A DNA stretch of 63,744 bases, filler included, from Octopus bimaculoides (lineage: Eukaryota), in NCBI RefSeq assembly GCF_001194135.2. It is 10 parts of 9 records of this genome, joined end to end, with 100 filler letters (N's around TTAATTAATTAA, not from the genome) between each part and the next. Parts side by side here need not be neighbours in the genome. Positions count along the whole stretch, not along the records: positions 25,621 to 41,198 come from NC_069002.1; positions 41,299 to 42,494 come from NW_026372260.1; 8 more parts are not named here. One strand, written 5' to 3'. A model generated the notes under the pieces. The model saw nothing but the letters and a program-made list of their open reading frames with translations, was not told where the DNA came from and did no database searches. How positions within the stretch are numbered: position 1 is the first letter of the stretch; every line of letters begins with the position of its first letter. Below are positions 28,790 to 42,169 of this stretch, piece by piece. The position numbers and the translations under genes were made by a program.

Positions 28790-29578
28790 CACCTTTCTTT
28801 CCTTCCCTGAGCGTCTTACGTCTTACAATACTTTACATGTACCACGTTATATATATACTTATATATGTGTGTGTTCGAAAAAGTGAGTTAGTGGCAATTT
28901 GATTAATAATTAAAACGAACTCTCAGTATCCTCCCAGTATCGATCTTGTATAGATCTCTTTGTATCTGACCTTTCTTTTCTCTTTCTTTTTTTTAAATTT
29001 TAGCTTTCATTTGCGTGGCGAATAAAACAGATTCCGGAGAAGACGGATTGAAAGAGACAGCTTTAAAATTTCACTTCCGTTTTATTTTTAATGACCAAAA
29101 TATCATCGAGATGGAAAAAGTTCAATAAGATGAACATCGTACATTCTCACTTTTTCTCTCTTACCAACATTTCGATATCATTTACATGAAATATATATTT
29201 AATGGCGAACACCATAATGTATGAAATTGTAAATTGATTGTGGCTGACAGTTCGAGGCTGTTTCAACTCCCAGATGGAAGCAATTCCACTTCAGTTCCAC
29301 CGATGAAACCCACCCTTCAATGAAATATTAGGAATCTCTACGGAGTCAGACGACCATCTAGAAATAGGAACCAAATTCCTCTAAAATCGAAACGCAAAAC
29401 GTGCTGTCAAGAAAAAGCGAAGAAACGCAAACAAAATTAAAAAATGACGGATAGTTTTGGATGGAATATGTTTGAACATAGATAAACTTGGAGTTAATAA
29501 AGTGTTGAGCAGCAACAGTAGCAGCAGTAGCAGCAGCAGCGGCGGCAGTAGCAACATCGACCATAATATACAGAGGTG

Positions 29579-29608
29579 TATATAAGCTCAGAGCAGTGCT
29601 ATCATTTT
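29579..29608 (+). promoter_or_regulatory. Candidate TATA box (TATATAAG, 29579-29586) and Inr-like TCATTTT (29602-29608) of the ASCb gene
   Basis: Motifs lie 20-50 nt upstream of the ATG; TATA-to-Inr spacing about 25 nt is slightly short. Confidence 0.4.
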
Positions 29609-29627
29609 GTTTTGTGTTGATGAGAAA

Positions 29628-30367
29628 ATGCATCGGTTCCAATCAATGGGGTTTCCCATTCTGTCACCGCGGCACATGACCTCGCCCACCTGTGACGATT
29701 TGGGAATTCCTCATAACAGCGAGGAACCACCGTACACGCTAGGATTATTGCAGCTTAGCCAACAGGATCAATACAAACAACAACAACATAACAACAAAAA
29801 CAACAACAACCACAATAACAACAGCAACATCCCCAACGATATCAGCAACAGTGAAAATATTAACAGTAACGGAGGCAGCAGCTCTAATAGTGACAATAGC
29901 AACATCATTAGCAACAACAATAGTAATAATAACAACACCAACACCACCACAAACAACAACAACAACAACAGCACCAACAACAGAAACAATAAGAATAGTA
30001 ACGGTAATATGCTGTTGGCATGTCATTTCTCGTCTGACTCCAGTAATTTCGGTTCTATTCTCCAAACGGAGGAAGGAAGAGGAGACCAGAGATTTCCGAT
30101 GGAGTCAGATCCCTCATCAATGGCAATCCCTGCTAAAAAAAACGACCCCTTTTCACCCCATTGTCTCATTCCACTTCCGAGTCATCTAATGGATTTCAAT
30201 GGTGGGTTTGAACCAGCGTTTATACGGAAGCGAAACGAACGGGAACGCGAAAGAGTACGTTGCGTGAACGAGGGCTATGCCCAGTTGAAGAAGCATCTGC
30301 CGCTGGCACAAAAAGACAAACGGCTCAGCAAGGTCGAAACGTTGAGGACTGCTATACATTACATAAG
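29628..30367 (+). CDS. ASCL3/4/5-like: Coding exon 1 of achaete-scute b (ASCL3/4/5-type) bHLH transcription factor
   Basis: ATG at 29628; EPAFIRKRNERERERVRCVNEGYAQLKKHLP...KRLSKVETLRTAIHYI is the ASCb bHLH signature; ends at perfect donor AG|GTGAGT (intron starts 30368, phase 2). Confidence 0.93.
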
Positions 30368-30536
30368 GTGAGTGGTCAATCAGTAATCTTTTGAATAAGG
30401 AGTGCGTATGGATGGCCGGGAGAATGCGGCATTGGAAAAACAGACCGAGAAGTCAACAAAGCTAAGTCTTTCACGAGCACTGAGGTTGTAGCTATCAATG
30501 CTGTTTCCTGTAGTTGTAGCTCCAAATCAATACCGA

Positions 30537-30640
30537 TCGGCGGTTTCGGGTTCAGTCCCACTGCGTGGCACTTTGGAAAAGTATCTTCTGCTATAACCCC
30601 GGGCCAACCGAATCCTTCTGAATGGAAAGAAGCCCGTCTT
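30537..30640 (+). mobile_element. SINE family A fragment in ASCb intron 1
   Basis: GGGTTCAGTCCCACTGCGTGGCAC...GAAAGAAGCCCGTC. Confidence 0.7.
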
Positions 30641-30641
30641 G

Positions 30642-30683
<42 letters not shown>

Positions 30684-31765
30684 TACATATATGTTATAAT
30701 TTAGAACAAACAGTAAGTTGTCATAGTACTCGGAGTTTCGAATGTCTGCTTGCTTCTTCCATAATTAAAATTCTACACTTACCGAGCTGAGTTATTCTTC
30801 GCAGCTGACAAAGCTGAATGACATAGAAACACATGCGTTCTACGATCTAATGATGTCACTCACAGACCGAAACAAAATATGTATTTAAACAAGTTTAAAA
30901 AGAGAATTTTCTCCCTGTGCTATGCCTGCAACGATAGGGCTTATCACGTTCAGCTACACTTAAACGTGCCGAACATGACTGTACAAGAATATATTTGTTA
31001 CAATCCGGACCCAATTAAGTTTAGAATTGTTAATCTTCCTCTGAAGTAAAAATTTAGTTAATAAAATGTATATACTTCGTCTTTTGTGGGGGCGTAATAT
31101 ATTTTCGATATGAATTTTAGAGGACACATTAATAAATAAATGAATAAATAATGTCCTCAGTATAGTAATTAAATATAAATTTAATACGATAATGGAAATA
31201 AAATTTAATACGGTAATGAAATTAAAATTGAATGCAGTAATTAAGTTAAAATTTAATACAGTAATGAAAATAGAATTTAGGTCAAAGGCATAAGAATGGA
31301 TTGTAAATATGCTTTTAAAATGGTGAGATTTGAGGTGACATTGAGCTTGTGGTGTTTCTAGCAGAGGAATCGACCAGCTAGGGGCTTCCCAAAATGGCTC
31401 ATCTAAAATTTAACAGTCTAGATTGAGGTGACTCGGTCAATCCCTTCTTCGTTGCGTGGTTTGAATGGTTTTAGATAAACGTCTCGTCTAGACAGCAGGA
31501 TTGGTATTAATTGGAATCAGACCGATAATAGAAATACGTAAATTGAAGTTTTAGCGCTACTGTTGTTGCTGTTGTTGTAGATGACGGTGATGATGATGAT
31601 GATGATGATGTGGAGGATTGTGTTATTGTTGTTTAGTCTCGGCATACCAGCCGTGCCATTCCTGTCTGTTTAAAGGAATCTTGAATCATAAAGTCAAAAA
31701 GAAGGACGTTTAGTGAAATTAGTACGCGAAGACGAAAAAAAAAAAAATTACAAGCCAAGAAAGTA

Positions 31766-31798
<33 letters not shown>

Positions 31799-31960
31799 CG
31801 ACAAGCAAGCAAGCAAAAAGAAAAAGAAGAGGAACTAGTTGAATTAATTATGTTAAACATTTGTTACATTTAATTAAGAAGGAAACACGAGTGAACAGCG
31901 AGTTGGCTGTGTTTAATGAGAAATGATAACGAAAGAGAAACTACTTGAATTTGATTTAAT

Positions 31961-32020
<60 letters not shown>

Positions 32021-32515
32021 NNNNNNNNNNNNNNNNNNNNNNNNNNNNNNNNNNNNNNNNNNNNNNNNNNNNNNNNNNNNNNNNNNNNNNNNNNNNNNNN
32101 NNNNNNNNNNNNNNNNNNNNNNNNNNNNNNNNNNNNNNNNNNNNNNNNNNNNNNNNNNNNNNNNNNNNNNNNNNNNNNNNNNNNNNNNNNNNNNNNNNNN
32201 NNNNNNNNNNNNNNNNNNNNNNNNNNNNNNNNNNNNNNNNNNNNNNNNNNNNNNNNNNNNNNNNNNNNNNNNNNNNNNNNNNNNNNNNNNNNNNNNNNNN
32301 NNNNNNNNNNNNNNNNNNNNNNNNNNNNNNNNNNNNNNNNNNNNNNNNNNNNNNNNNNNNNNNNNNNNNNNNNNNNNNNNNNNNNNNNNNNNNNNNNNNN
32401 NNNNNNNNNNNNNNNNNNNNNNNNNNNNNNNNNNNNNNNNNNNNNNNNNNNNNNNNNNNNNNNNNNNNNNNNNNNNNNNNNNNNNNNNNNNNNNNNNNNN
32501 NNNNNNNNNNNNNNN

Positions 32516-32933
32516 GTGGTGGTGGTGGTGGGGTGATGGTGGTGGTAGTGGTAGTGGTGGTGATGGTGGTGGTGGTGATGGTGGTGGTAGTGGTGGTGAT
32601 GGTAGTAGAGGTGGTAGTAGGGGCGGTGATGGTGGCGTTCGCAATTGTAAGACATGGGTGATTTTGACGGCAGTGGTGGTGGTGGTTGTGGTGGTGACGA
32701 TGGTGCGATTGAGGTGACGTTTTTGTAATATCCTCACTCATCCGACGCCCCGCCCCGTGGCAAATAAAAGAAATCTACTGCTACTACTACTACTGCTGCT
32801 GCTTCTGCTGCTGGTGGTGGTGGTACAACTACTACGAACAATACCACTACAGCACCACTACAGCACCACCACAAGCACTACCACTACTACAACTACTACT
32901 AACAGCACTACCACCACAACGATCACCGCCACC

Positions 32934-32985
<52 letters not shown>

Positions 32986-33079
32986 ACACCCGTTGAGATA
33001 ACCGTAAATTTAACTACGCAATTTCTCATTTTTTGTCTATTCATTTGCAACATTAGTAATGAATAAAAGAAGAATAAGA

Positions 33080-33110
<31 letters not shown>

Positions 33111-33280
33111 ACATCACTTGTTGTTGTTGTTGTTGTTGTTATTGTTGTTGTAGTAGTGGTGGTGGTGGTGGTGGTAAAATGAAGTAAAACTGGCACAGCA
33201 ACGCCACCATCGCCACCATGATCGCAGTCACCAACATCACCTCCACCACCACCTCCGAAAACAACAACAACAACAACAGC

Positions 33281-33315
<35 letters not shown>

Positions 33316-33330
33316 CGTCAACAACAACAA
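32516..33330. repeat. Mixed trinucleotide low-complexity block (GGT, CTA, CAG, AAC)
   Basis: Direct; in-frame stops and no usable acceptor found. Confidence 0.8.
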
Positions 33331-34155
33331 GATGACATTAATGTGTGCAAATAGCACATTCCGATCTCTTCAGAATGGCATTTAATAAAATAAAATGAGA
33401 AAATAATAAAATAAACAAATTAAAGTTCTCCCTTCTTGGTACATACATACATACATACATACATATGCATACATATANNNNNNNNNNNNNNNNNNNNNNN
33501 NNNNNNNNNNNNNNNNNNNNNNNNNNNNNNNNNNNNNNNNNNNNNNNNNNNNNNNNNNNNNNNNNNNNNNNNNNNNNNNNNNNNNNNNNNNNNNNNNNNN
33601 NNNNNNNNNNNNNNNNNNNNNNNNNNNNNNNNNNNNNNNNNNNNNNNNNNNNNNNNNNNNNNNNNNNNNNNNNNNNNNNNNNNNNNNNNNNNNNNNNNNN
33701 NNNNNNNNNNNNNNNNNNNNNNNNNNNNNNNNNNNNNNNNNNNNNNNNNNTATATATATGAATATATGCATACACATCTACACACACGCGCGCGCGCATA
33801 TTTATATCGAATGGGTTATAAAAAAACTATTAGAAGCAAAAATTAAAAAGTTAAAAAGTTGTTATTTTAGCTAAACTAATTAAGTTAGTAGTAACTTGCC
33901 TATATCAGGCAATATCCGATATCTAACCATATCATACTGTACCGTAACTGGCAATGCCATAACATATTGTACAACAACACAGAGCGGCGTATTATTTGAT
34001 ACGCCGTACCATTTGATTCACTTTTCCATACAAGCTATACTGTACTACATTATGTTGTGCCACATCATATCATGTCATAACAATAAAAATGGGATCCTGT
34101 AGTGGTCAGTTGACCTGCTAGATTTAACAGCCTAATCTCTTTCAAACAAACGCGC

Positions 34156-34300
34156 AGGCGTGGCTGTATGGTAAGAAGTTTGCTTCTCAACCACATGGTT
34201 CCAAATTCAGTCCCACTGCGTGGTACCTCAGGCAAGTGTTGGCTCGGACCAACCAGAATCTTGTGAGTGGATTTGGTAGACGGAAACTGAAAAGAACCGG
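34156..34300 (+). mobile_element. SINE family A 5' part (an antisense 3' part lies at 34570-34683)
   Basis: GGCGTGGCTGTATGGTAAGAAG head. Confidence 0.75.
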
Positions 34301-34684
34301 ACTGAATGGTACTGCCCAGGTGTCGAAAGCATAATGATATCCGTGGGGCAGCTGATGATGGAGGTATGCTGAATTGTTGGTAGGGCTGTGGAATAGTATT
34401 ATAATACATCCTTTTGATATATATTTTCTGGCTAATATATATAAATTTATATCGCGGACTCCTTAGTATATCCCGGGTTTCTGCGGCCGATAGACGTTTA
34501 TATTTTTTAAGATTTTTATTATTTCTGTGGGAGGTTTTGGAACGTAACACCTGCAATAGTCGAAGGATTACTGTCTATATTCTTTTATTCTTTTATTTGT
34601 TTCAGTCATTTGACTGCAGCCATGCTGGAGCACCGCCTTTAGTCAAACAAGTCGGCTCCAGGACTTATTCTTTGCAAGCCTAGT

Positions 34685-34825
<141 letters not shown>

Positions 34826-35515
34826 TAATTTTCTCCTTATCACAGGTTTTGTTGGAGCTCCTGGAGTCTTGCATCCGTAGCGGGCTTACTACCTGCAGCC
34901 TACGGTACCATGCTATTCGTTCTTTTCACTTACCTAATACTTACCTGATTATTCCGGCCGTGCCAACGAGGCAAACCTTTTGTAACAGTTCGACTGGGTC
35001 CCCTATACTAATTTCCTTTATGTTCCTCTTGATGCCTTCTGATACTGTCCCCAAGGACTCAGCAATAATTGACAATATCTTCACCTTCTTCGTTTTCTAT
35101 AGCCGAGCTATTTCGTATTTAAGAGGACTGCATCTATCTATCCTTTCGCCTTCCTTCTTGACCATTCGTGGGTCAAGGAGACATGCAACGTCAACTATAT
35201 AGCATATGTGGTGCATCTTGTCCACCACCACAAGTCTGGCCTCTTATGCTCTAGCACCTGATCTGTTTGGACTGGAAAGTCCCACAAGACTTTACTAGTC
35301 TCCGACTCTGCTACTCTCTGCGGTTTGTGATCATACAACGTCTTGCCTCTCTCTAGCTCTCACTTTTCGCTCAGTTTCCAATGAAGCGCTTTCGCTACCT
35401 GATCGTGTCACCACAACTTGTAGTGGTTCTGGACAAGTCTAGGACATTCGTTCGTGACATGGAAAATGGTTTCATCCATTTTATTGTAAATGCGGCACGG
35501 CGGAGACACTTGCTC
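34826..35515 (-). mobile_element. Dong/R4-clade non-LTR retrotransposon 3' fragment (zinc knuckle + restriction-like endonuclease)
   Basis: Minus translation PCRIYNKMDETIFHVTNEC...LHWKL...VLWDFPVQTD...KRPDL...IVDVAC...LQKVCLVGTAGIIR with stops/frameshift; 3' end abuts (TAA)n. Confidence 0.88.
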
Positions 35516-35524
35516 ATTATTACT

Positions 35525-35582
<58 letters not shown>

Positions 35583-36424
35583 ATAATGTTCTTGCTTTTG
35601 GTACTATCAGGAACAACAACTATCAAATACAACAATAAATATGACGTCATACAAAATGGCCTCCACTAAATGGCTGCCTGCAATCATTTGATAAGAAAAT
35701 TTAATTACCAAAACATGTCTTTTATTTTAGTTTAAGCTTACAAGATTGCAATCATGACGCTCTCCTTCGGTGAGAGTTCATTTTATATTTTAGCTTCCTC
35801 ATTTTTATTTTAATGTGAAGAAATAAACTCGATTGTTGCTCCCTCTTTTGGTTACATCTTAGTGTTTGATTATGTGTTTTTGTTTTGTAGTTTACGAATA
35901 AATATCTGATTTTCATCCTGTTTTCTTGCATTTATTGTCTTCTTTTTATTACCAAGAAATATCTGAACGAAAACGCTGCGCCCTCTTGTGGTTATTAAGT
36001 ATGGTACTTACAAATAAATATCTAGCTGAGATCGTTACGCCCTCTGTCGGTCAGAGTTTAGTTGCTTAGATGTTAGTTGTATTATTTATTTATGGTGAAG
36101 CAATTTTTCTTTCTTCCTTTTCAAAAACTATTTTATTAGTTCAAGATAGGGCGGTGGAGTGGACGAAGTGGTTTTTTTGGTGGGGTATTAAATTTCATAC
36201 TTTTATGTTTTTCTTTGAAAATTTAGAGTGCAGTATTGTCGAGTGGTTAGGGCAGTGGGACAACTAACTGAGGATTCTGTGTTTCGTGTCTGTAGCGAAC
36301 AGACAGCCTTGTGCTTTAAGACCAGGATGCTTAATTTAAGTTAGTCCGGTTCAGCCCCTCTATCTGTTATTAGGTACTAAACGGTCGTAACATTGCTGCA
36401 GAAACATACTGTTCATAGTAATAA

Positions 36425-36610
36425 TATTGACTTCAAATGTTGACTCAAGGTCAGCAATTTCAGGGGAGGAGATGAGTCGATTACATCGATCCCAGTGCTC
36501 AACTGATACTTATTTTATCGACCCCGAAAGAATGAAAGGCAAAGTCAATTAGTAATTATTTCATTGAGTCTGAAAGGATTAAAAGCAAAGTCGACCTGAG
36601 CAAAATTTGA
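36425..36610 (-). mobile_element. SINE family B fragments
   Basis: GTCGATTACATCGATCCCAGTG..GACCCCGAAAGAATGAAAGGCAAAGTC. Confidence 0.75.
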
Positions 36611-36915
36611 GGTCTGCTCACTGAGGTATGCTTTCTTTATCATCTTTCAGCTTAGCATTAGCAAATACGCAGCTACACATGCGCAGATCAGTCAAACTAA
36701 CGCAACACTAGCATCAGCGTTTGTCCTCATAGTTTTATAAAACTTCGAAGAATAAATCGACAATTTATTACATAATAGAGTGGAACTCTTTGTTTTACCT
36801 TTGGTGTTCCATTGTTCTACCAACTACACGCATTCTTATAATATATACACATACATAAATATATATATATATACGTGTCTATAAATATATATGTGTATAT
36901 ATGTATATATGTATG

Positions 36916-36981
<66 letters not shown>

Positions 36982-37128
36982 TATATATATCTGTATGTGT
37001 ATATATATGTGTATTATGTATTATATGCATCTGTGTGTTTATGTTTTTATCTATGTATATGTGTATGTAGATGTATGCATATATATGGGTGTGTTTGTGT
37101 GTGTTCTGTATATGTGTTCGTTTGAGAT

Positions 37129-37159
<31 letters not shown>

Positions 37160-37164
37160 GTATG

Positions 37165-37249
<85 letters not shown>

Positions 37250-37627
37250 CGTATGCAGGAAAGGCCTTTATATACCACATACCATATAATTTACGACATT
37301 TTACGTGACTCAGTTTTTGTATCTTTTAAAACTTATCTGACAGGCTTTGACGTTAAAATAGTTAATGCCATCGCGCTTTGATGCCATTGGTTTGAAAACG
37401 TGCCAGAAATTACGTTTTATTACGGACGCGTTATAAAATACTAAGGCTGTGACTTAACAGTTTCTTTAAGAACATCGCACAAGATAACTTGTGACTTGTA
37501 TTGTTTCTTCTGGTTGCTTATGTTCGGAGGCCGAAAATTTGCCGAAGTGAACCTTGTTCCATTCTTTAAGTGGTTGCAGAGGGCGATGTCGATTAAAGTT
37601 AGAAAGCAATAATCTACTGGCGAACAT

Positions 37628-37662
<35 letters not shown>

Positions 37663-37999
37663 TATTCAATCTACTTTGGCGTTTGATGAAGGTGGTATTG
37701 AATATATGTACTGAATACAAAATTATGCGTGTTATGTGAAACCCCACTTTACCTTGATGTGTTCCCTGTTATCTGGAATATGAAGTATCCAGTGCCTAGC
37801 TTCTAAATTTTGTTTCTTGCGTAATAACGACGTAAATGTCAGATGTGACAATATACATTTTTAGTAACATAAAGGTGATTTTAAATCTGTTTTGTTATAT
37901 TACAGTGTTTGCCTTTGTTTATAAATGAGTGGAAAGGAGACAATAACGATACTTCCTCTATGCTAGTGTGCGTGCATGTATGAGTGTATGTGCGAGGGA

Positions 38000-38155
38000 G
38001 TAAGTCGATTACATAGACCCCAGTGTTCATCTGGTGTTTATTTTATCGACCCCGAAAGGATGAAAAACGCCAAGTCGATTCGGTGGCATTTGAACTCAGA
38101 CGGACGAAATGTCGCTAAGCATTTTGCCCGGCACGCTTACGATTCTGCCTGCCCG
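38000..38155 (-). mobile_element. SINE family B
   Basis: GACCCCGAAAGGATGAAA..GCTAAGCATTTTGCCCGGC. Confidence 0.75.
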
Positions 38156-38828
38156 TACTGACAAGGTGTTTACCGAGTCTATGGAAAATGATTGAAAAAG
38201 CCCTGTTTCCCATCCCCCCGCAGTCTAAGGATGTATATGAGCATTTAACGAAAAAAAAAAAATGAAGAATAGTTGGTGAATTTCAGTTGTATATTAAGTC
38301 TTATGAAGAAAAGAAAACTCATGAAATTGCGTCCTCAACAGTTATTCCCCTAGGAAGCAAACAACAACAAGAACAATATCCATAGACAGAGAAGGTAAAC
38401 TGGGACAAGCTGCTAGCCGTTTTGCACACCAAATAAGAATTCTTACTTTAAAACCAATATTTATTAGATGACAAGCATAGAAAACGCTATTTTATAAAGT
38501 TCGTTGGTTCACCTTTATGGAATTTGAATGTCATTATCCATTGGTGGTCTTTTGAGTACTTTAGCTCTTCAGTGTAGTAAGTTAACTTTAGTATCTTAAC
38601 AGAAATGTGTCATACGCGTTAGAATTACGCTAACCACGATACGGTTATATTGAAGAATTTCCCCAAATGCTAAAAGTTAATAAGTTTTATAATATTCGGC
38701 TGGAAGCAATCAAGAATAATATCTTCGATTCCTCGAAAAGCAAGATTTAAATGAGTTCCACGAGAATAAATAGTTCAATAAACAAATCATGATATTATCT
38801 TCGTGTGATATTTGAACATTGCTCAATA

Positions 38829-39043
<215 letters not shown>

Positions 39044-39098
39044 NNNNNNNNNNNNNNNNNNNNNNNNNNNNNNNNNNNNNNNNNNNNNNNNNNNNNNN

Positions 39099-39450
39099 TG
39101 TCATAGGTGCCCTGGGAATGACAGCGAAACGGGCTGATTACTACCTAGATCAGATTCCAGGAAACCCCAAAATGGCTGAAGTTCAAAAGATAGCGCTCAT
39201 GGGAACTGCCCATATCCTACGTAAAATACTGTCTATGTGATCTCAAATTTTAAAGCAAACACATAATTTTCTTATGGTTTCTTAAACATTCACTTGAACA
39301 AAACTGTACAAATCCAAATATATGGTACCCTAGGCATAACACCTACATGAACTTCTAACTTGTTGTCTCTTGAGGTCTCTGGATGAGACTTGGATCCAAC
39401 TTGTACAAATGCAAAACAAAAGTCAAACATAAAATAATAATAATAATAAT
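39099..39450 (+). mobile_element. Dong/R4-clade LINE 3' end with 3' UTR and (TAA)n tail
   Basis: VIGALGMTAKRADYYLDQIPGNPKMAEVQKIALMGTAHILRKILSM* (stop 39238-40); flanked by AAT arrays. Confidence 0.85.
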
Positions 39451-39803
39451 GAGGAACTTTTCAACACCACCTTGTATATATTTCAAAGAGGTTCCAATCG
39501 TAATTATCATTACTTCTGAAATTCAGCCATAGTGTATCTAGGGCAACATTATTCAGTGTGTCCTTTATCGTTACGTATTTTTGTTTCGTTACTAAGGGAG
39601 TAGGGTGCGATTTAATAGCAATTTAGCTGTTATTTCTAGCAACTGGTTCAGCGCTCATCTAACCAATCTTCTCCCGTCTTTGTTTTGTTAACAGCTGTGA
39701 AGAAACATCCGCCATAGTGGAATTTCAGTTAGCGAACATACCAACGAATATGGTGTCGTTCATTGTTATATATTGTTTATATTATTTTTTTTATTTTAAG
39801 ATT

Positions 39804-39840
<37 letters not shown>

Positions 39841-40201
39841 TACATGTTGAAACAGAGAGGNNNNNNNNNNNNNNNNNNNNNNNNNNNNNNNNNNNNNNNN
39901 NNNNNNNNNNNNNNNNNNNNNNNNNNNNNNNNNNNNNNNNNNNNNNNNNNNNNNNNNNNNNNNNNNNNNNNNNNNNNNNNNNNNNNNNNNNNNNNNNNNN
40001 NNNNNNNNNNNNNNNTATATATATATATATATATATAGACAGCAAGCGCGCACATACACACACATTTACAAATACACACACTTACAAACAGAAACACACA
40101 CACACACATGTATACGCATTCACGTGTATGAACACGCATCCATATACGCAGCATGCGCGCACATACACACACATATACACACGCACGCATTTACAAACAC
40201 A

Positions 40202-40237
<36 letters not shown>

Positions 40238-40299
40238 TACATGTTGAAACAGAGAGGCAGAGAGGCAGAGAGAAAGGTACAGATGTAAATACGAACATA

Positions 40300-40411
40300 T
40301 TATTTCTCTCTCTTTCTTTCTATCTCTTTCTTTCTATCTCTTTCTTTCTATCTCTTTCTCTCTATCTCTTTGTTTCTCTCTCTCTCTCTTTCTTTCTCTC
40401 TCTCTCCCTCT

Positions 40412-40446
<35 letters not shown>

Positions 40447-40666
40447 TAGCTCTCTCTCTTTCCCTCTAGCTCTCTCTCTTTCCCTCTAGCTCTCTCTCTT
40501 TCCCTCTAGCTCTCTCTCTCTCTCTCATACACACACCAAATGCGTATATAAAGTACTCAGATATATACACACTACAGATATATACACTTCCTTGCTCTGT
40601 CTCTCTCTCGCTCTCTCACATGCACTCTCTTTCTCACTCCCTTTCGCTCTCTTTTGCTCTCTCTCT

Positions 40667-40680
<14 letters not shown>
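40300..40680. repeat. (CT)-rich polypyrimidine tract including four 20-bp units TCCCTCTAGCTCTCTCTCTT (40441-40520)
   Basis: Direct. Confidence 0.9.
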
Positions 40681-40703
<23 letters not shown>

Positions 40704-41366
40704 GATCACAGACACACATACTGTCTTTCTATCACACGCACACGCACGTAGCGTTCATTTCCCTCCATAAATACACACATATATACAATTTCGCTGTTAG
40801 TTAGATAGCACTAGCAAGCTAACTGCTGGATTAATAAAATATAATTTGTTTTCAGGTTTGTGAACAGTGAAATGGAAAAAAATAAAGTAAAATAAAGATA
40901 AAAATTACTAAATAAAAAACACCCCCAAAAATAAATAAATAAGAAAAAGGAAAAAAAACAAGAAAAATAACTATCACTCCCCCACCGCCAAAGCAAAAAA
41001 AAAATACGAAAAAGGAAAAACTAAAATAATAATAATGGTAAACTATAAAATCTTGGCCGTATATCAATGAGTGAATTAGCTGAGAGAATAGAAAATAACA
41101 AAACTAATAGAGAAAAAAAAGAAATTGACAAAAAATAAATAAAAAGCTAAAGACAATAATTAAAAAATAACAAAAAGCGGGAAACCAAAAAAAAAAAANN
41201 NNNNNNNNNNNNNNNNNNNNNNNNNNNNNNNNNNNNNNNNNNTTAATTAATTAANNNNNNNNNNNNNNNNNNNNNNNNNNNNNNNNNNNNNNNNNNNNGT
41301 AAAACATTAATGAAAAATGTGGCCCCCGTTTTAAAATAGATCCATATTAATGTATATTGTGAAAAT

Positions 41367-41985
41367 GGCGATCTGGTAGAATCGTTAACAAAATACTAAC
41401 GCCGGGCGAAATGCTTAGCGGCATTTCGTCTGACTTTACGTTTTGAGTTCAAATTCTGCTGAGGTCGACTTTGCCTTTCATCTTTTCGGGGTCAAAGAAA
41501 TAAGTACCAGTTACGCACTAGCGTCGATATAATCGACTTTTCCCGCTTCACGAAATTACTGGCCTTATACAAAAATTTGAAGCCAAAGCGGAGTAGTGGT
41601 AGAATCGTTAGCACGGCGGATAAAATGATGAGCGGAATTTCATCCGCCTTAACGCTCTGAGTTCGAATTCAGCTGAGGTCGACTTTGCTTTTCATCCTTT
41701 CGCGGGCGAAAAAATAAGTACCAGTCATGTACTGGAGTCAATATAATCGACTACCTCCCACGAAATTTCAGGCCTTATGTCGATAGAAGGAAGGATTATT
41801 TATGTATATTGCAAAACAAGGCGGTGAGCTGGCAGAAAGGTTAGCACGCCGGGCGAAACGCTTAGCGGTATTTCGTCTGCCGCTACGTTTTGAGTTCAAA
41901 TTCCGCCGAAGTTGACTTTGCCTTCCATCCTTTTGGGATCGATAAATTAAGTACCAATCAAGTACTGGGGGTCGATCTAATTTTG
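41367..41985 (+). mobile_element. Three head-to-tail copies of SINE family B
   Basis: Starts near 41367, 41588, 41820; each with TGAGTTCAAATT..GAGGTCGACTTTGCCTTTCATCC..AAGTACCA. Confidence 0.88.
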
Positions 41986-42169
41986 TTATGGATCTAATTC
42001 TTTTATCCATGACAAAATTCCCAAAGCATTTTATATTCTTTGCTTATGTATGCATGTATGTATATGTATATGTATGTATATACTTTGATAGGCTTTGGCC
42101 AGTATTGGCCCAGGCTATGACTAACTTGATAGCACCACCTGGCAAAGTCATTCAAATCAGGAATCGGAC

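Noticed and set aside
29358-30189. Overlapping ORFs 29358..29642, 29745..30065, 29768..29989, 29851..30189
   Set aside because: Shadows of the trinucleotide-rich ASCb exon and its upstream CAG repeat
32516-33390. Poly-Q/H/T/N frames as possible ASCb exon 2
   Set aside because: Each frame is preceded by a stop and lacks an acceptor; typical intronic simple repeats
26050-34375. GGGGCAGCTGATGA motifs at about 26083 and 34345 (and CTGATGA at about 9704) as hammerheads
   Set aside because: No properly placed GAAA box with a pairing stem II/III; degenerate at best
39695-39780. Strong plus-strand acceptor as ASCb exon 2
   Set aside because: In-frame product (SCEETSAIVEF) does not complete bHLH helix 2; at most a later exon
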